64,000 nt of DNA from Candidatus Parcubacteria bacterium (GTDB lineage Bacteria; Patescibacteriota; Patescibacteriia; Patescibacteriales; UBA12075): NCBI GenBank assembly GCA_023132155.1, contig JAGLYP010000026.1, positions 1,741 to 65,740 of the forward strand. Reading direction: 5' to 3'. Both the position numbers and the translations under genes were made by a program. This document shows, in pieces, positions 19,769-27,526 of this stretch. Below the pieces are notes generated by a model that did not search any database, was not told the DNA's origin, and saw only the letters and a program-made list of their open reading frames with translations. Within the stretch, counting starts at the first letter, position 1. Each line of letters starts with the position of its first letter.

Positions 19769-20610
19769 AAATCAATTTTATGATTACCATTAAAACTAAA
19801 GAAGAAATTGAAATATTAAAAGAGGGCGGAGATATTTTGGCCGGGATTTTAGATAAATTGTGCGAAGCCGTTAAGCCTGGGGCAACTACGGCTGACTTAG
19901 AGGATATGACCAGGCGATTAATGAAAGAGGCAGGCGGCCGTCCTGCTCAGCTTGGCTTTAGGATGCCGGATAAAAGATTGTTTCCTGCCGCCTTGTGCGT
20001 GTCAATTAACAGTGAAATCGTGCATGCTCCCGCAATGCCCGCGCGAACAATTAACGAAGGCGATATAGTAAGCCTTGATTTTGTAATGGAATATCCAATT
20101 AGCGAAAAGTTAAGAGCCGGAAGAATTGTGAATAAACGTTCAGGGCTTGGCGGTTATTACACTGATACAGCAAAAACCGTCGGTGCTGGAAAAATCAGTG
20201 AGGAAGCGAAAAATTTAATTAAAATAACCGAGGAGTGTTTGTATGCCGGAATTAGACAGATACAACAGGGGAATAGGCTTAGCGATATCGGCGGCGCCAT
20301 TCAAAAACATGCTGAAGCAAACGGTTATAGCGTTGTGCGCGAATTAGTGGGGCATGGCGTGGGATACAGCCTGCACGAGGAGCCGCAAGTGGCAAATTAT
20401 CGCGCAAGCAGTCAAGATATTAAAGATATCATATTAAAGGCAGGAATGGTTTTGGCGATTGAGCCGATGATAACAATCGGTGATTGGCGGATTAAAACCA
20501 AGGAAGACGGTTTCGCTTTCGCGACAATAGATGACAGTTTAAGCGCCCATTTTGAGCATTCAGTAGCTGTTACTGAATATGGGCATGAAATTTTGACTAA
20601 AAAGAAATGA
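19765..20610 (+). CDS. map: type I methionine aminopeptidase
   Basis: Motifs 'IKTKEEIEILKEGG', 'HGVGYSLHEEPQVANY', 'LAIEPMITIG' and 'SAHFEHSVAVTE' are present. ATG 19765 overlaps the previous stop (ATGA). An alternative start at ATG 19780 (MITIKTKEE) aligns better with canonical MAP N-termini. Confidence 0.9.
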   Translation: MKINFMITIKTKEEIEILKEGGDILAGILDKLCEAVKPGATTADLEDMTRRLMKEAGGRPAQLGFRMPDKRLFPAALCVSINSEIVHAPAMPARTINEGDIVSLDFVMEYPISEKLRAGRIVNKRSGLGGYYTDTAKTVGAGKISEEAKNLIKITEECLYAGIRQIQQGNRLSDIGGAIQKHAEANGYSVVRELVGHGVGYSLHEEPQVANYRASSQDIKDIILKAGMVLAIEPMITIGDWRIKTKEDGFAFATIDDSLSAHFEHSVAVTEYGHEILTKKK

Positions 20611-20999
20611 ATTATTCAGAAAAAAAATATTTAGGAGTTGATTGGGGTGAGAAGCGTATTGGTTTAGCCTTGGGCGACAGTGAAACAAAGTTGGCAAGCC
20701 CTTTTTGCGTAGTAAAAAGAGCCGATGAAATAATTAATATTATTAAAAATGAAAAAATAGATTATTTAATAATCGGCCAGCCGATTAAAATGTCCGGCGC
20801 AAAAGATAATTTTACTGAAGGTTTTAAAGATTTTTTGCGATATATTAAAAATAAAATTAATATTCCAATTAAATTGGTTGACGAAAGGCTAACAAGCAAG
20901 GCCGCGGATGCTTTGTCCGGGACAAAAAAAACCAAGGCCTCGCGCGATTCGCTGGCGGCAATGCTGATTTTGCAGAGCTACTTTGACAGTGTTAATTAA
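20607..20999 (+). CDS. ruvX: YqgF/RuvX family putative Holliday junction resolvase / pre-16S rRNA nuclease
   Basis: 'YLGVDWGEKRIGLALGD' N-terminal motif, ~130 aa, and 'DERLTSKAA' near the C-terminus. The start overlaps the map stop (ATGA). Confidence 0.85.
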   Translation: MNYSEKKYLGVDWGEKRIGLALGDSETKLASPFCVVKRADEIINIIKNEKIDYLIIGQPIKMSGAKDNFTEGFKDFLRYIKNKINIPIKLVDERLTSKAADALSGTKKTKASRDSLAAMLILQSYFDSVN

Positions 21000-21003
21000 T
21001 CTA

Positions 21004-21069
21004 TATTCGCATGTCCCGCACGTGTGCCGTTCTACGGTATTCGCAGTGCGGGTTCGCGAAGCGAATAAC
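21004..21069. repeat. REP-like hairpin element, copy 1 (second copy at 39840-39887)
   Basis: TATTCGCATGTCCCGCA-[26-nt loop]-TGCGGGTTCGCGAAGCGAATAAC. The arms are identical to the copy at 39840. The outer helix is TATTCGC/GCGAATA and the inner helix is CCCGCA/TGCGGG. Confidence 0.8.
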
Positions 21070-21071
21070 CA

Positions 21072-21779
21072 ATGGAAGAAACTTTTAATATTCAAGCTAT
21101 TATATTAAATCGGCATATTTTTCGCGAAAACGATAGCAGGGTTTTGGTTTACAGTAAAGAACACGGGAAAATGTTTTTGGTTGCGAGAGGCGCAAGATCT
21201 ATAAAATCAAAAATGGCCGGACACATTGAACCTTTTTGTTTGTCTGATTTAATGGTGGTTCGCGGGAAAAATTATAATTATATCGGCGGAGCAAAGTCAG
21301 GCAATTGTTTTCGCGAACTTAAAAGCGATTTAAAAAAATTGGAAGTTGCCGGCCGTTCTTTCGCGATTTTAAATAAAATAATTAAAGAGCATGAAGTTGA
21401 TCCAAAATTATTTTTTTTAATAAATGATTTCTTAGAAGCACTATCAGATATTAATAAAAATATTGATTCAAATTTATTTTTGCATGCTTTTATTTTGAAA
21501 TTAATTTGCCAATTAGGCTATCGCCCGGAGCTTTATTCGTGCGTAATTTGCCGAAAAGATATTAATCCAAACAACAATTATTTTGATTTTAAAAGGGGCG
21601 GTTTGGTTTGTTCTAGTTGCCGAAAAAACAGCTTGACAATTCATAAAGATTCCATTAAGCTGTTAAGGTTTATAGTTAAAGAAAATTTTAAAAATATTTC
21701 AAAATTGCACTTTAATAAAAAAATCTCTTTAGGGGCAATAAAAAATATTGTTTTGTTTTATAATTATAATTTTAAATGA
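21072..21779 (+). CDS. recO: DNA repair protein RecO
   Basis: N-terminal OB-fold-like 'AIILNRHIFRENDSRVLVYSKEHGKMFLVARGARS' and a C-terminal Cys4 pattern 'CVICRKD...CSSCRK'; 235 aa. Confidence 0.8.
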   Translation: MEETFNIQAIILNRHIFRENDSRVLVYSKEHGKMFLVARGARSIKSKMAGHIEPFCLSDLMVVRGKNYNYIGGAKSGNCFRELKSDLKKLEVAGRSFAILNKIIKEHEVDPKLFFLINDFLEALSDINKNIDSNLFLHAFILKLICQLGYRPELYSCVICRKDINPNNNYFDFKRGGLVCSSCRKNSLTIHKDSIKLLRFIVKENFKNISKLHFNKKISLGAIKNIVLFYNYNFK

Positions 21780-21791
21780 GGAGGTGAGAAA

Positions 21792-22034
21792 ATGGAAAAG
21801 GAAAGGTGCCCGTTTTGCGGAACAATACAGATTATTGATGGTGTTTGTCCTAATTGCGGGACGAATGTGTCAAAAAAGATTAAAAAAATTGAAACTCCAC
21901 ATAAACCCGCATTGGAACCGGATAGCTTGGGCGGAAACCAAGACAACAAGAGAATTGATTATGATAGTGGAAAAAACGAAATATTTTCCGGAAATATGAT
22001 GCATAAAAGGATTATAAATGAAACTTCACAATGA
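21792..22034 (+). CDS. small zinc-ribbon protein
   Basis: 80 aa with 'CPFCGTIQIIDGVCPNCG'. A strong SD (GGAGGTGAGAAAATG) precedes it and a terminator follows. Confidence 0.55.
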   Translation: MEKERCPFCGTIQIIDGVCPNCGTNVSKKIKKIETPHKPALEPDSLGGNQDNKRIDYDSGKNEIFSGNMMHKRIINETSQ

Positions 22035-22046
22035 AAAATCAATGAA

Positions 22047-22076
22047 ATGGCGACTTTATTTACGGTCGCCATTTTT
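22047..22076 (+). terminator. rho-independent terminator
   Basis: ATGGCGAC-[10 nt]-GTCGCCAT followed by TTTTT. Confidence 0.75.
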
Positions 22077-22078
22077 CC

Positions 22079-22107
22079 TTGACTTAATTTTAATAATTAT
22101 CTATAAT
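22079..22107 (+). promoter_or_regulatory. sigma70-type promoter of the T-box leader
   Basis: TTGACT (22079-22084), a 17-nt spacer, then TATAAT (22102-22107). The predicted +1 is near 22114. Confidence 0.7.
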
Positions 22108-22113
22108 TGTGTA

Positions 22114-22384
22114 TGTAAAGCCGTATTTTTATTTAATTAAAAATGAATTTTGGCAAACACCAAAAAGAGGCGCGGGAAGAAAGCTTCGTCAAAGTGAGTA
22201 GAACCTGCCGGGTAAGCCCGTTATAGCTTATGAATTAAGGGTTATATTATTGTTTGGCATATTGGTGATTAAATAATCACTAATTAACTAATCATCAATT
22301 AACTAAATATGGGTGGCACCACGGGTTAAAGAACTCGTCCCTGATTATCACGAATTTTGTGGTACTTAAGGACGAGTTTTTTTG
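22114..22384 (+). ncRNA. T-box riboswitch leader with intrinsic terminator (putative aspS leader)
   Basis: 'AUAUGGGUGGCACCACGGG' at 22307-22325 matches the T-box consensus GGGUGGNACCGCG. It is followed by terminator AACTCGTCC...GGACGAGTT plus a T-run (22332-22384). A stem III-like hairpin GTGATT-AAAT-AATCAC lies just upstream. A promoter precedes it and an aaRS gene lies downstream. The specifier codon is not resolved. Confidence 0.65.
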
Positions 22385-22414
22385 TATAAAATTTATTTTT
22401 GTTATTTTGGCGAA

Positions 22415-22750
22415 TGCTTTTTTCCTTTTTGTCATTCCTGCAGAAGTTAAGTAATTCGTTGACAAATAAAAGTAAACCCTCCTTACCTTGTCATCCTGGG
22501 GCTTGACTGGAGCGACAGCGGAAGTCAAGAACCCGGGATCCAGAAGAAAGAGGTACGTACTATATTCACTTGATATTGTTTATTTGTTTCTCCCACTCCT
22601 GGATCCCGGATATTTTTATTTCTACCCCAAGAGCACTTCCGTTGGGCGCGCTGTCGCTCCAATAAAAATTCCAGGATGACAAAAGTATGGAGGTTTGTTA
22701 ATTTCTGTCAACGAATTGTTAACATCTATAAGAATGACAGGAAAAATTTA
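22415..22750. mobile_element. MITE-like nested palindromic element (~310-330 nt) between the T-box leader and aspS
   Basis: Nested complementary pairs: tgtcattc(22430)/gaatgaca(22732); aattcgttgaca(22453)/tgtcaacgaatt(22706); ttgtcatcctgg(22488)/ccaggatgacaa(22671); ggagcgacagcg(22509)/cgctgtcgctcc(22649); ccgggatccag(22533)/ctggatcccgg(22599). No credible ORF is present. Confidence 0.6.
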
Positions 22751-22780
22751 AATTTATTAATAAATATCAACATATTGCAT

Positions 22781-22808
22781 GTTATGCGATGCGTGTTATG
22801 TGATATGT
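22781..22808 (+). repeat. 7/14-nt periodic GTTATGY-GATRYGT array just upstream of the aspS start
   Basis: gttatgcgatgcgt and gttatgtgatatgt lie in tandem. About 25/29 positions are identical to the array at 54331-54358 upstream of mreB. Confidence 0.7.
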
Positions 22809-22819
22809 GAAATAAATAT

Positions 22820-24601
22820 ATGTTAAGAACAAACACTTGTGGCGAGCTCACCAAAAAAGAAATCAACAAACAAGTTACGCTTTGCGGCTGGGTGCATCGG
22901 CGCCGGGACCATGGTGGAATAATTTTTATTGACCTGCGAGATCGCTACGGTTTGACGCAAATTAAATTTGATCCGGAAATTAATAAAGAAACTCACGCGC
23001 GAGCCGATAAACTGCGCAATGAATGGGTGATTCGCGTTGCCGGCAAGGTAATTGCCAGACCCGAAACAATGGTAAATAAAAAATTAAAAACAGGAGAAAT
23101 TGAGGTGGAGATGGAAAAACTGGAAATATTAAACGAATCAAAAACTCCGCCGTTTGAGTTAAGCGAAGAAAAAGCCAAAGAGGCTAATGAAGAAATAAGA
23201 ATGGAGTATCGTTATATTGATTTACGGCGGAAAAAAATGCAGAAAAATTTAAAATTAAGAAGCGAAGTTACTAAATTGATTCGCGATTATTTTTACAGGG
23301 AAGATTTTTTAGATGTTGAAACTCCTTGCATGGTCAAAGATACTCCTGAGGGCAGCCGTGAATATTTGGTTCCGGCGCGAACGTTTCCCGGACAATTTTA
23401 TGTTCTTCCACAAAGCCCGCAGCAATTAAAGCAATTTTTAATGATTGGCGGAATTGATAAATATTTTCAAATCGCCCGCTGTTTTCGTGATGAAGATTTG
23501 CGCGGCGATAGGCAGCCGGAATTTACTCAGTTTGAAATTGAAATGAGTTTTGCCGAGCAAGAGGATATTATCAATGTTATGGAAGGATGTTTTTTGGAAG
23601 TTTCAAAGCAAATTGTGCCTGATAAAAAAATATTAAATAAACCCTTTTTGCAAATGATATGGCAGGACGCAATGGAGCGTTATGGTTCTGATAGTCCGGA
23701 TATTAGATATGATTTAGGAATTAAGCCGGTTACGGAGCTGGTCAAAGATTGCGGTTTTAAAGTTTTTGCCGATATGGCAAAAAAAGACGGCCATGTAGTT
23801 CATGCTTTAAAAATTGACAAAGGCGCTAAATTTACCAGAAAAGAAATTGATGATTTAACCAGAATCGCTCAAGATAACGGCGCTAAAGGCTTGGCTTATA
23901 TAATTATTAAGGAAGACGGTAAATTGCAATCGCCGATTGTGAAATTTTTAGGAGAAGATTTATCTAAAAATATTTTAAATACGGTTGCCGCGAAGCAGGG
24001 AGACATAGTATTTTTCGGGGCAGATGAATTTGCTGCTGCTTGTGAAAGTTTGGGCGCGGTAAGAAAAGAATGCGCTAAAATGTTAGATTTAATCCCTAAG
24101 GATATTTTGGCGTATTTGTGGGTAATTGATTTTCCATTATTTGAGAAAAGCAAAGAAACCGGCGGATTGGGCGCCGCGCATCATCCTTTTACCCGCCCGC
24201 TTAAAGAGGATATGAAATTATTAGATGAGGATCCGCTTAAGGTCAGATCGCATGCCTATGATTTGGTTTTAAACGGCGTTGAAATCGGCGGCGGTTCTTT
24301 AAGAATACATGAAAAAAAATTGCAGGAAAAAATATTTACAGTATTGGGGATATCAGAAAATGATGCCAAGCGACGCTTTGGCCATATGATTAAAGCTTTT
24401 GAATATGGAGTTCCGCCTCACGGCGGAATCGCAATGGGTCTGGATAGATTTGTGATGTTATTAGCTGACGAACCAAATATTCGTGAAGTTATGGCTTTTC
24501 CTAAAGAGGGCAAAGGGCGCGATTTAATGCTTAATGCTCCTGCCCCGATTGATGAAAAACAATTAAAGGAGCTTGGACTTAGGATTAGAAAAGTTGATTA
24601 A
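22820..24601 (+). CDS. aspS: aspartyl-tRNA synthetase
   Basis: 'RTNTCGELTKKEINKQVTLCGWVHRRRDHGGIIFIDLRDRYG', class II motif 2 'FRDEDLRGDRQPEFTQFEIEMSF' and motif 3 'GGIAMGLDRFVMLL'; 593 aa. Confidence 0.95.
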   Translation: MLRTNTCGELTKKEINKQVTLCGWVHRRRDHGGIIFIDLRDRYGLTQIKFDPEINKETHARADKLRNEWVIRVAGKVIARPETMVNKKLKTGEIEVEMEKLEILNESKTPPFELSEEKAKEANEEIRMEYRYIDLRRKKMQKNLKLRSEVTKLIRDYFYREDFLDVETPCMVKDTPEGSREYLVPARTFPGQFYVLPQSPQQLKQFLMIGGIDKYFQIARCFRDEDLRGDRQPEFTQFEIEMSFAEQEDIINVMEGCFLEVSKQIVPDKKILNKPFLQMIWQDAMERYGSDSPDIRYDLGIKPVTELVKDCGFKVFADMAKKDGHVVHALKIDKGAKFTRKEIDDLTRIAQDNGAKGLAYIIIKEDGKLQSPIVKFLGEDLSKNILNTVAAKQGDIVFFGADEFAAACESLGAVRKECAKMLDLIPKDILAYLWVIDFPLFEKSKETGGLGAAHHPFTRPLKEDMKLLDEDPLKVRSHAYDLVLNGVEIGGGSLRIHEKKLQEKIFTVLGISENDAKRRFGHMIKAFEYGVPPHGGIAMGLDRFVMLLADEPNIREVMAFPKEGKGRDLMLNAPAPIDEKQLKELGLRIRKVD

Positions 24602-24631
24602 AGGCGGGTTTAATAGTATAATAACAAGTAT

Positions 24632-25465
24632 ATGGAAGAAATAAAACCAGAAAAAATTAATAATCAAGCGCCGGAATTAGCAAAAAAAATTCCAGATGTG
24701 GAAATTGATAATCAAATTTCTGAAAAAAGTTTTGGAAATAATATTCGCACGGAAAAAAAAGTTCTGGAAGATATACGATCAGCCAAAGAAATACCGGAAA
24801 AAGAGTATGAGCAAATTAAAACAATGGCCGATTTTATTAGAGTGTTGGAAGATAGACTAGCCGCAACGGAAGACGCGCAAGAAAAAAACGCAATCGCTTA
24901 TAATTTATTGCGCGTACAAAGCGCCTTTGTCGGATTAAAAGTCAAGCCGGCAAAGTTTAAAATCGGCATTGCCAAAGATGGTAAATTAAGCGTGTATAAT
25001 AAAAATGTTCAGGAATTTAGAGTTTCTCCGGAATTATTGGAATCAATTGAGGATTGCAAGTTAGACGCGAAAACCATGGGAATATCTTTTAAGGAAGCGG
25101 AAATTGAAAAATCAGGCATTCTGGATACAGGATTTCAACAATTAATGATTGAAAAGTCAGGCATCAATTCCGGAGAATACCATAAAGAAGAAAGATGGAG
25201 TGTAAAAAGAATATTTGGCAAATGGGGCGAGAAAAATGTTTTAGATTTGGTAAAAGAACCCAAGAAGTTAGCTGATTATTTTTTGGAAAAAGAAATTGAA
25301 AAGCGCTTAAAGCAAGCAAGGAAAATAGAGGCAAAAGAATTGGCGCCGTATTTATCCGATCAATTCAAAAAGGGAGCGCCAAAATTGCATGAAAAGTTGA
25401 GAAAAAGCGGTTATGGTTTTCGCGGTAGAGTTAAAGAAATTATTTTAAATTTAGAAAATAATTAA
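24632..25465 (+). CDS. hypothetical protein (K/E-rich, probably helical)
   Basis: 277-aa ORF ending 8 nt before the GGDEF-like gene. I recognise no motif. Confidence 0.4.
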   Translation: MEEIKPEKINNQAPELAKKIPDVEIDNQISEKSFGNNIRTEKKVLEDIRSAKEIPEKEYEQIKTMADFIRVLEDRLAATEDAQEKNAIAYNLLRVQSAFVGLKVKPAKFKIGIAKDGKLSVYNKNVQEFRVSPELLESIEDCKLDAKTMGISFKEAEIEKSGILDTGFQQLMIEKSGINSGEYHKEERWSVKRIFGKWGEKNVLDLVKEPKKLADYFLEKEIEKRLKQARKIEAKELAPYLSDQFKKGAPKLHEKLRKSGYGFRGRVKEIILNLENN

Positions 25466-25472
25466 TAATTAT

Positions 25473-26552
25473 ATGGAAAAATTTTCCAGCGATTTTTATA
25501 AAGACGAGGAGGAGGCATATGAAATAAAAGAAAAAGCAGACAAAGGCTTAGCCAGAGATTATCAAGAAGCTGATTTAATGCATAAATTACAAAAAACCAA
25601 AGATGAGCTTGATGATGCCTGGAATACAATTGAATGGTTAAACAGCAAGCACGAAGGTTTAATCGGCGAATATAAAGATTTATTCGTAGAAAGCACTACC
25701 GGTTTGAAGCGCCGTGAATTTTTATATAAAGATATGGATGGGAAGATAGCGGAATTATTAGATATTGAGAAGATAAATAATATTAATGATGAAGAATTTT
25801 TAAATATTTTAAAATCAAAGTCTCCGGATGATTTTAAAAATGAACCGTTATACGTAATGTTTGGAGATATGGCATATTTATCGCTCGCCAACGAAGGCGG
25901 GCATCGCAGTGGCGATGAACTGTTAAGCGAAACAGGAAAAGCGGTAAAGGATGAATTTTTTGGCGCTTCCCGCCGCGGCGGTGATGAATTTACCACCTTA
26001 GTTTTACTTAAAAAGAAAGAGGCTGAAGAAAAGATCAGAAAACTGGAAGAAAAAATAAGAGGTATGAAAAAAATTCCCAGTCTTGAATATTATAATTTAG
26101 AGCCGAATATGGATATTGGCATAGCTCATTTTTCAGAGGGGTTAAAAGTTTTTAAAGAAATCGCTAAAAGCATGGAGCAAACAAAAGAAGGGAAAGAGAA
26201 ATTGTCAAAATTAAATATATTAAAAGAATTGCAAAATATTTGGTTAGAGATTGCTGATAAAAGATCGTCTATTAAAAAAGCAATGGAACGGATTCCTTTG
26301 TTGGTAAAAAAGAGAGAGAACGAACCGAAGCAATATGAAGAATTGTATGGATTTTTGAATAAAGGCGCTTACAGCGCTACTGATAGTGATATAGAAAAGA
26401 TGGCTGAAAAAATAAAAAAAGGGGAAAATCCGGAAGAGGTTATTTTTGATTATATTAAAAACAAGGAGCATAAAAGTTTAAAAAAATTGTTTGGATATGA
26501 AAAAGTAAAAGCCGAAATAATTCTAAAAACGGCTGATAATAAAATGTTGTAA
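25473..26552 (+). CDS. divergent GGDEF-domain protein (putative diguanylate cyclase-like nucleotide cyclase)
   Basis: 'ESTTGLKRREFL' resembles the D.LTGL.NRR.F motif. 'YVMFGDMAYLSLANEGGHRSGDELLSETGKAVKDEF' resembles the D.D.FK..ND..GH..GD..L motif. 'RRGGDEFTTLV' is an intact GGDEF motif and 'MDIGIAHF' is also present. The flanks are N- and C-terminal helical regions, with no TM segment. Confidence 0.6.
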   Translation: MEKFSSDFYKDEEEAYEIKEKADKGLARDYQEADLMHKLQKTKDELDDAWNTIEWLNSKHEGLIGEYKDLFVESTTGLKRREFLYKDMDGKIAELLDIEKINNINDEEFLNILKSKSPDDFKNEPLYVMFGDMAYLSLANEGGHRSGDELLSETGKAVKDEFFGASRRGGDEFTTLVLLKKKEAEEKIRKLEEKIRGMKKIPSLEYYNLEPNMDIGIAHFSEGLKVFKEIAKSMEQTKEGKEKLSKLNILKELQNIWLEIADKRSSIKKAMERIPLLVKKRENEPKQYEELYGFLNKGAYSATDSDIEKMAEKIKKGENPEEVIFDYIKNKEHKSLKKLFGYEKVKAEIILKTADNKML

Positions 26553-26725
26553 TTTAATTGATTTGCTTTCTTTTGGAAGAATGGATATTGATATAAGCCT
26601 AAGCTTTGCACTTGTGATAATGACTTTAAGCTCTTTATTCGTTTTGGCGGATTATAGCCAAGTATTCAAAAAAATTTTTTAAAATTATGCGAAAATTAAT
26701 GGAAAATGTAAATAAATCAAATATG

Positions 26726-26757
26726 GCGCCCGAAAGGAAAATTTTCGGGCGCTTTTT
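26726..26757 (+). terminator. rho-independent terminator
   Basis: GCGCCCGAAA-GGAAAAT-TTTCGGGCGC followed by TTTTT. It sits ~170 nt after the GGDEF gene and 7 nt before the next ATG. Confidence 0.8.
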
Positions 26758-26763
26758 CTCTTT

Positions 26764-27456
26764 ATGCGCTTAAAAGTTAATTTACATTTGCACACCAGCC
26801 AAGATCCAAAGCATTTTTTACATTATTCTATTTTTCAGGCAATAGACCGAGCCGCTAAATCGGGTTTTGATGTTTTAGCTCTTACTTGCCATGAAAAATT
26901 TGCCTATAAAAAAGAATACGGAGATTATGCTTGCAAAAAGAATATTTTGCTTATTCCCGGAATTGAAGCCAGCATAGAAAGGAAAGATGTTTTGATTTTG
27001 AATTGCGATAAGCAAGCTGAAAATATTAAAAATTTTTCTCAGTTAAAACATTATAAAGAAAAAAATAAAAAAATATTTATTATTGCTCCCCACCCGTATT
27101 TAAGCGATTTTTCTCAAGTTAGCCTGCAAAAAAAATTAGATGAGCATATAGATTTGTTTGATGCTCTTGAATTGACCATATATTGCAATAAGTATTTTAA
27201 TTTTAATAAAAAGGCTTTGGCGGCAGCCGATAAATACAATAAGCCGATAATTGCGAATTCCGATACGCATTTTTTAAAAGATTTGGAAAAAGGATATTTT
27301 TTTGTTGAAGTTGAAAAAAAAGAGGCGCGTTTAATATTTGAGGCGATAAAAATGAAAAAAGTCAGCAATATAATAAGACCGATGGGTTTTTTTGAAATGT
27401 TTGTTTTTCGCATTCATTGTTTATTGGAAAAGCCTTTTGTTTTTTTTAAAAAATAG
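26764..27456 (+). CDS. PHP-domain metal-dependent phosphoesterase
   Basis: 'VNLHLHTSQD' N-terminal His motif, plus 'LALTCHE', 'IAPHPY' and 'NSDTHF' conserved His/Asp positions typical of PHP. Confidence 0.65.
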   Translation: MRLKVNLHLHTSQDPKHFLHYSIFQAIDRAAKSGFDVLALTCHEKFAYKKEYGDYACKKNILLIPGIEASIERKDVLILNCDKQAENIKNFSQLKHYKEKNKKIFIIAPHPYLSDFSQVSLQKKLDEHIDLFDALELTIYCNKYFNFNKKALAAADKYNKPIIANSDTHFLKDLEKGYFFVEVEKKEARLIFEAIKMKKVSNIIRPMGFFEMFVFRIHCLLEKPFVFFKK

Positions 27457-27526
27457 CAGTATTGCACTTTTTTTGATATCTGTTTTTTGCTATAATATAA
27501 GAAAGAATGTAAAGCATTTATAAATT

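Noticed and set aside
22295-22679. ORFs 22295-22528 (-) and 22488-22679 (+)
   Set aside because: They are translations of the T-box terminator and the nested palindromic element. Mirror-image ORFs on both strands are the expected artefact of a long inverted repeat.
25562-25996. 144-aa - strand ORF; also 53219-53662 (147 aa), 48519-48872 (117 aa), 40187-40522 (111 aa), 18805-19191 (128 aa) and the many 60-100-aa ORFs inside secA, ileS, uvrB and the giant gene
   Set aside because: All lie antisense to, or out of frame within, genes with strong family signatures. None has independent motif or RBS support.
26582-26763. Two tiny ORFs (MDIDISLSFALVIMTLSSLFVLADYSQVFKKIF; MRKLMENVNKSNMAPERKIFGRFFSLCA) in the 3' region after the GGDEF gene
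   Set aside because: They have no RBS. The second runs through the terminator hairpin. Evidence for coding is insufficient.
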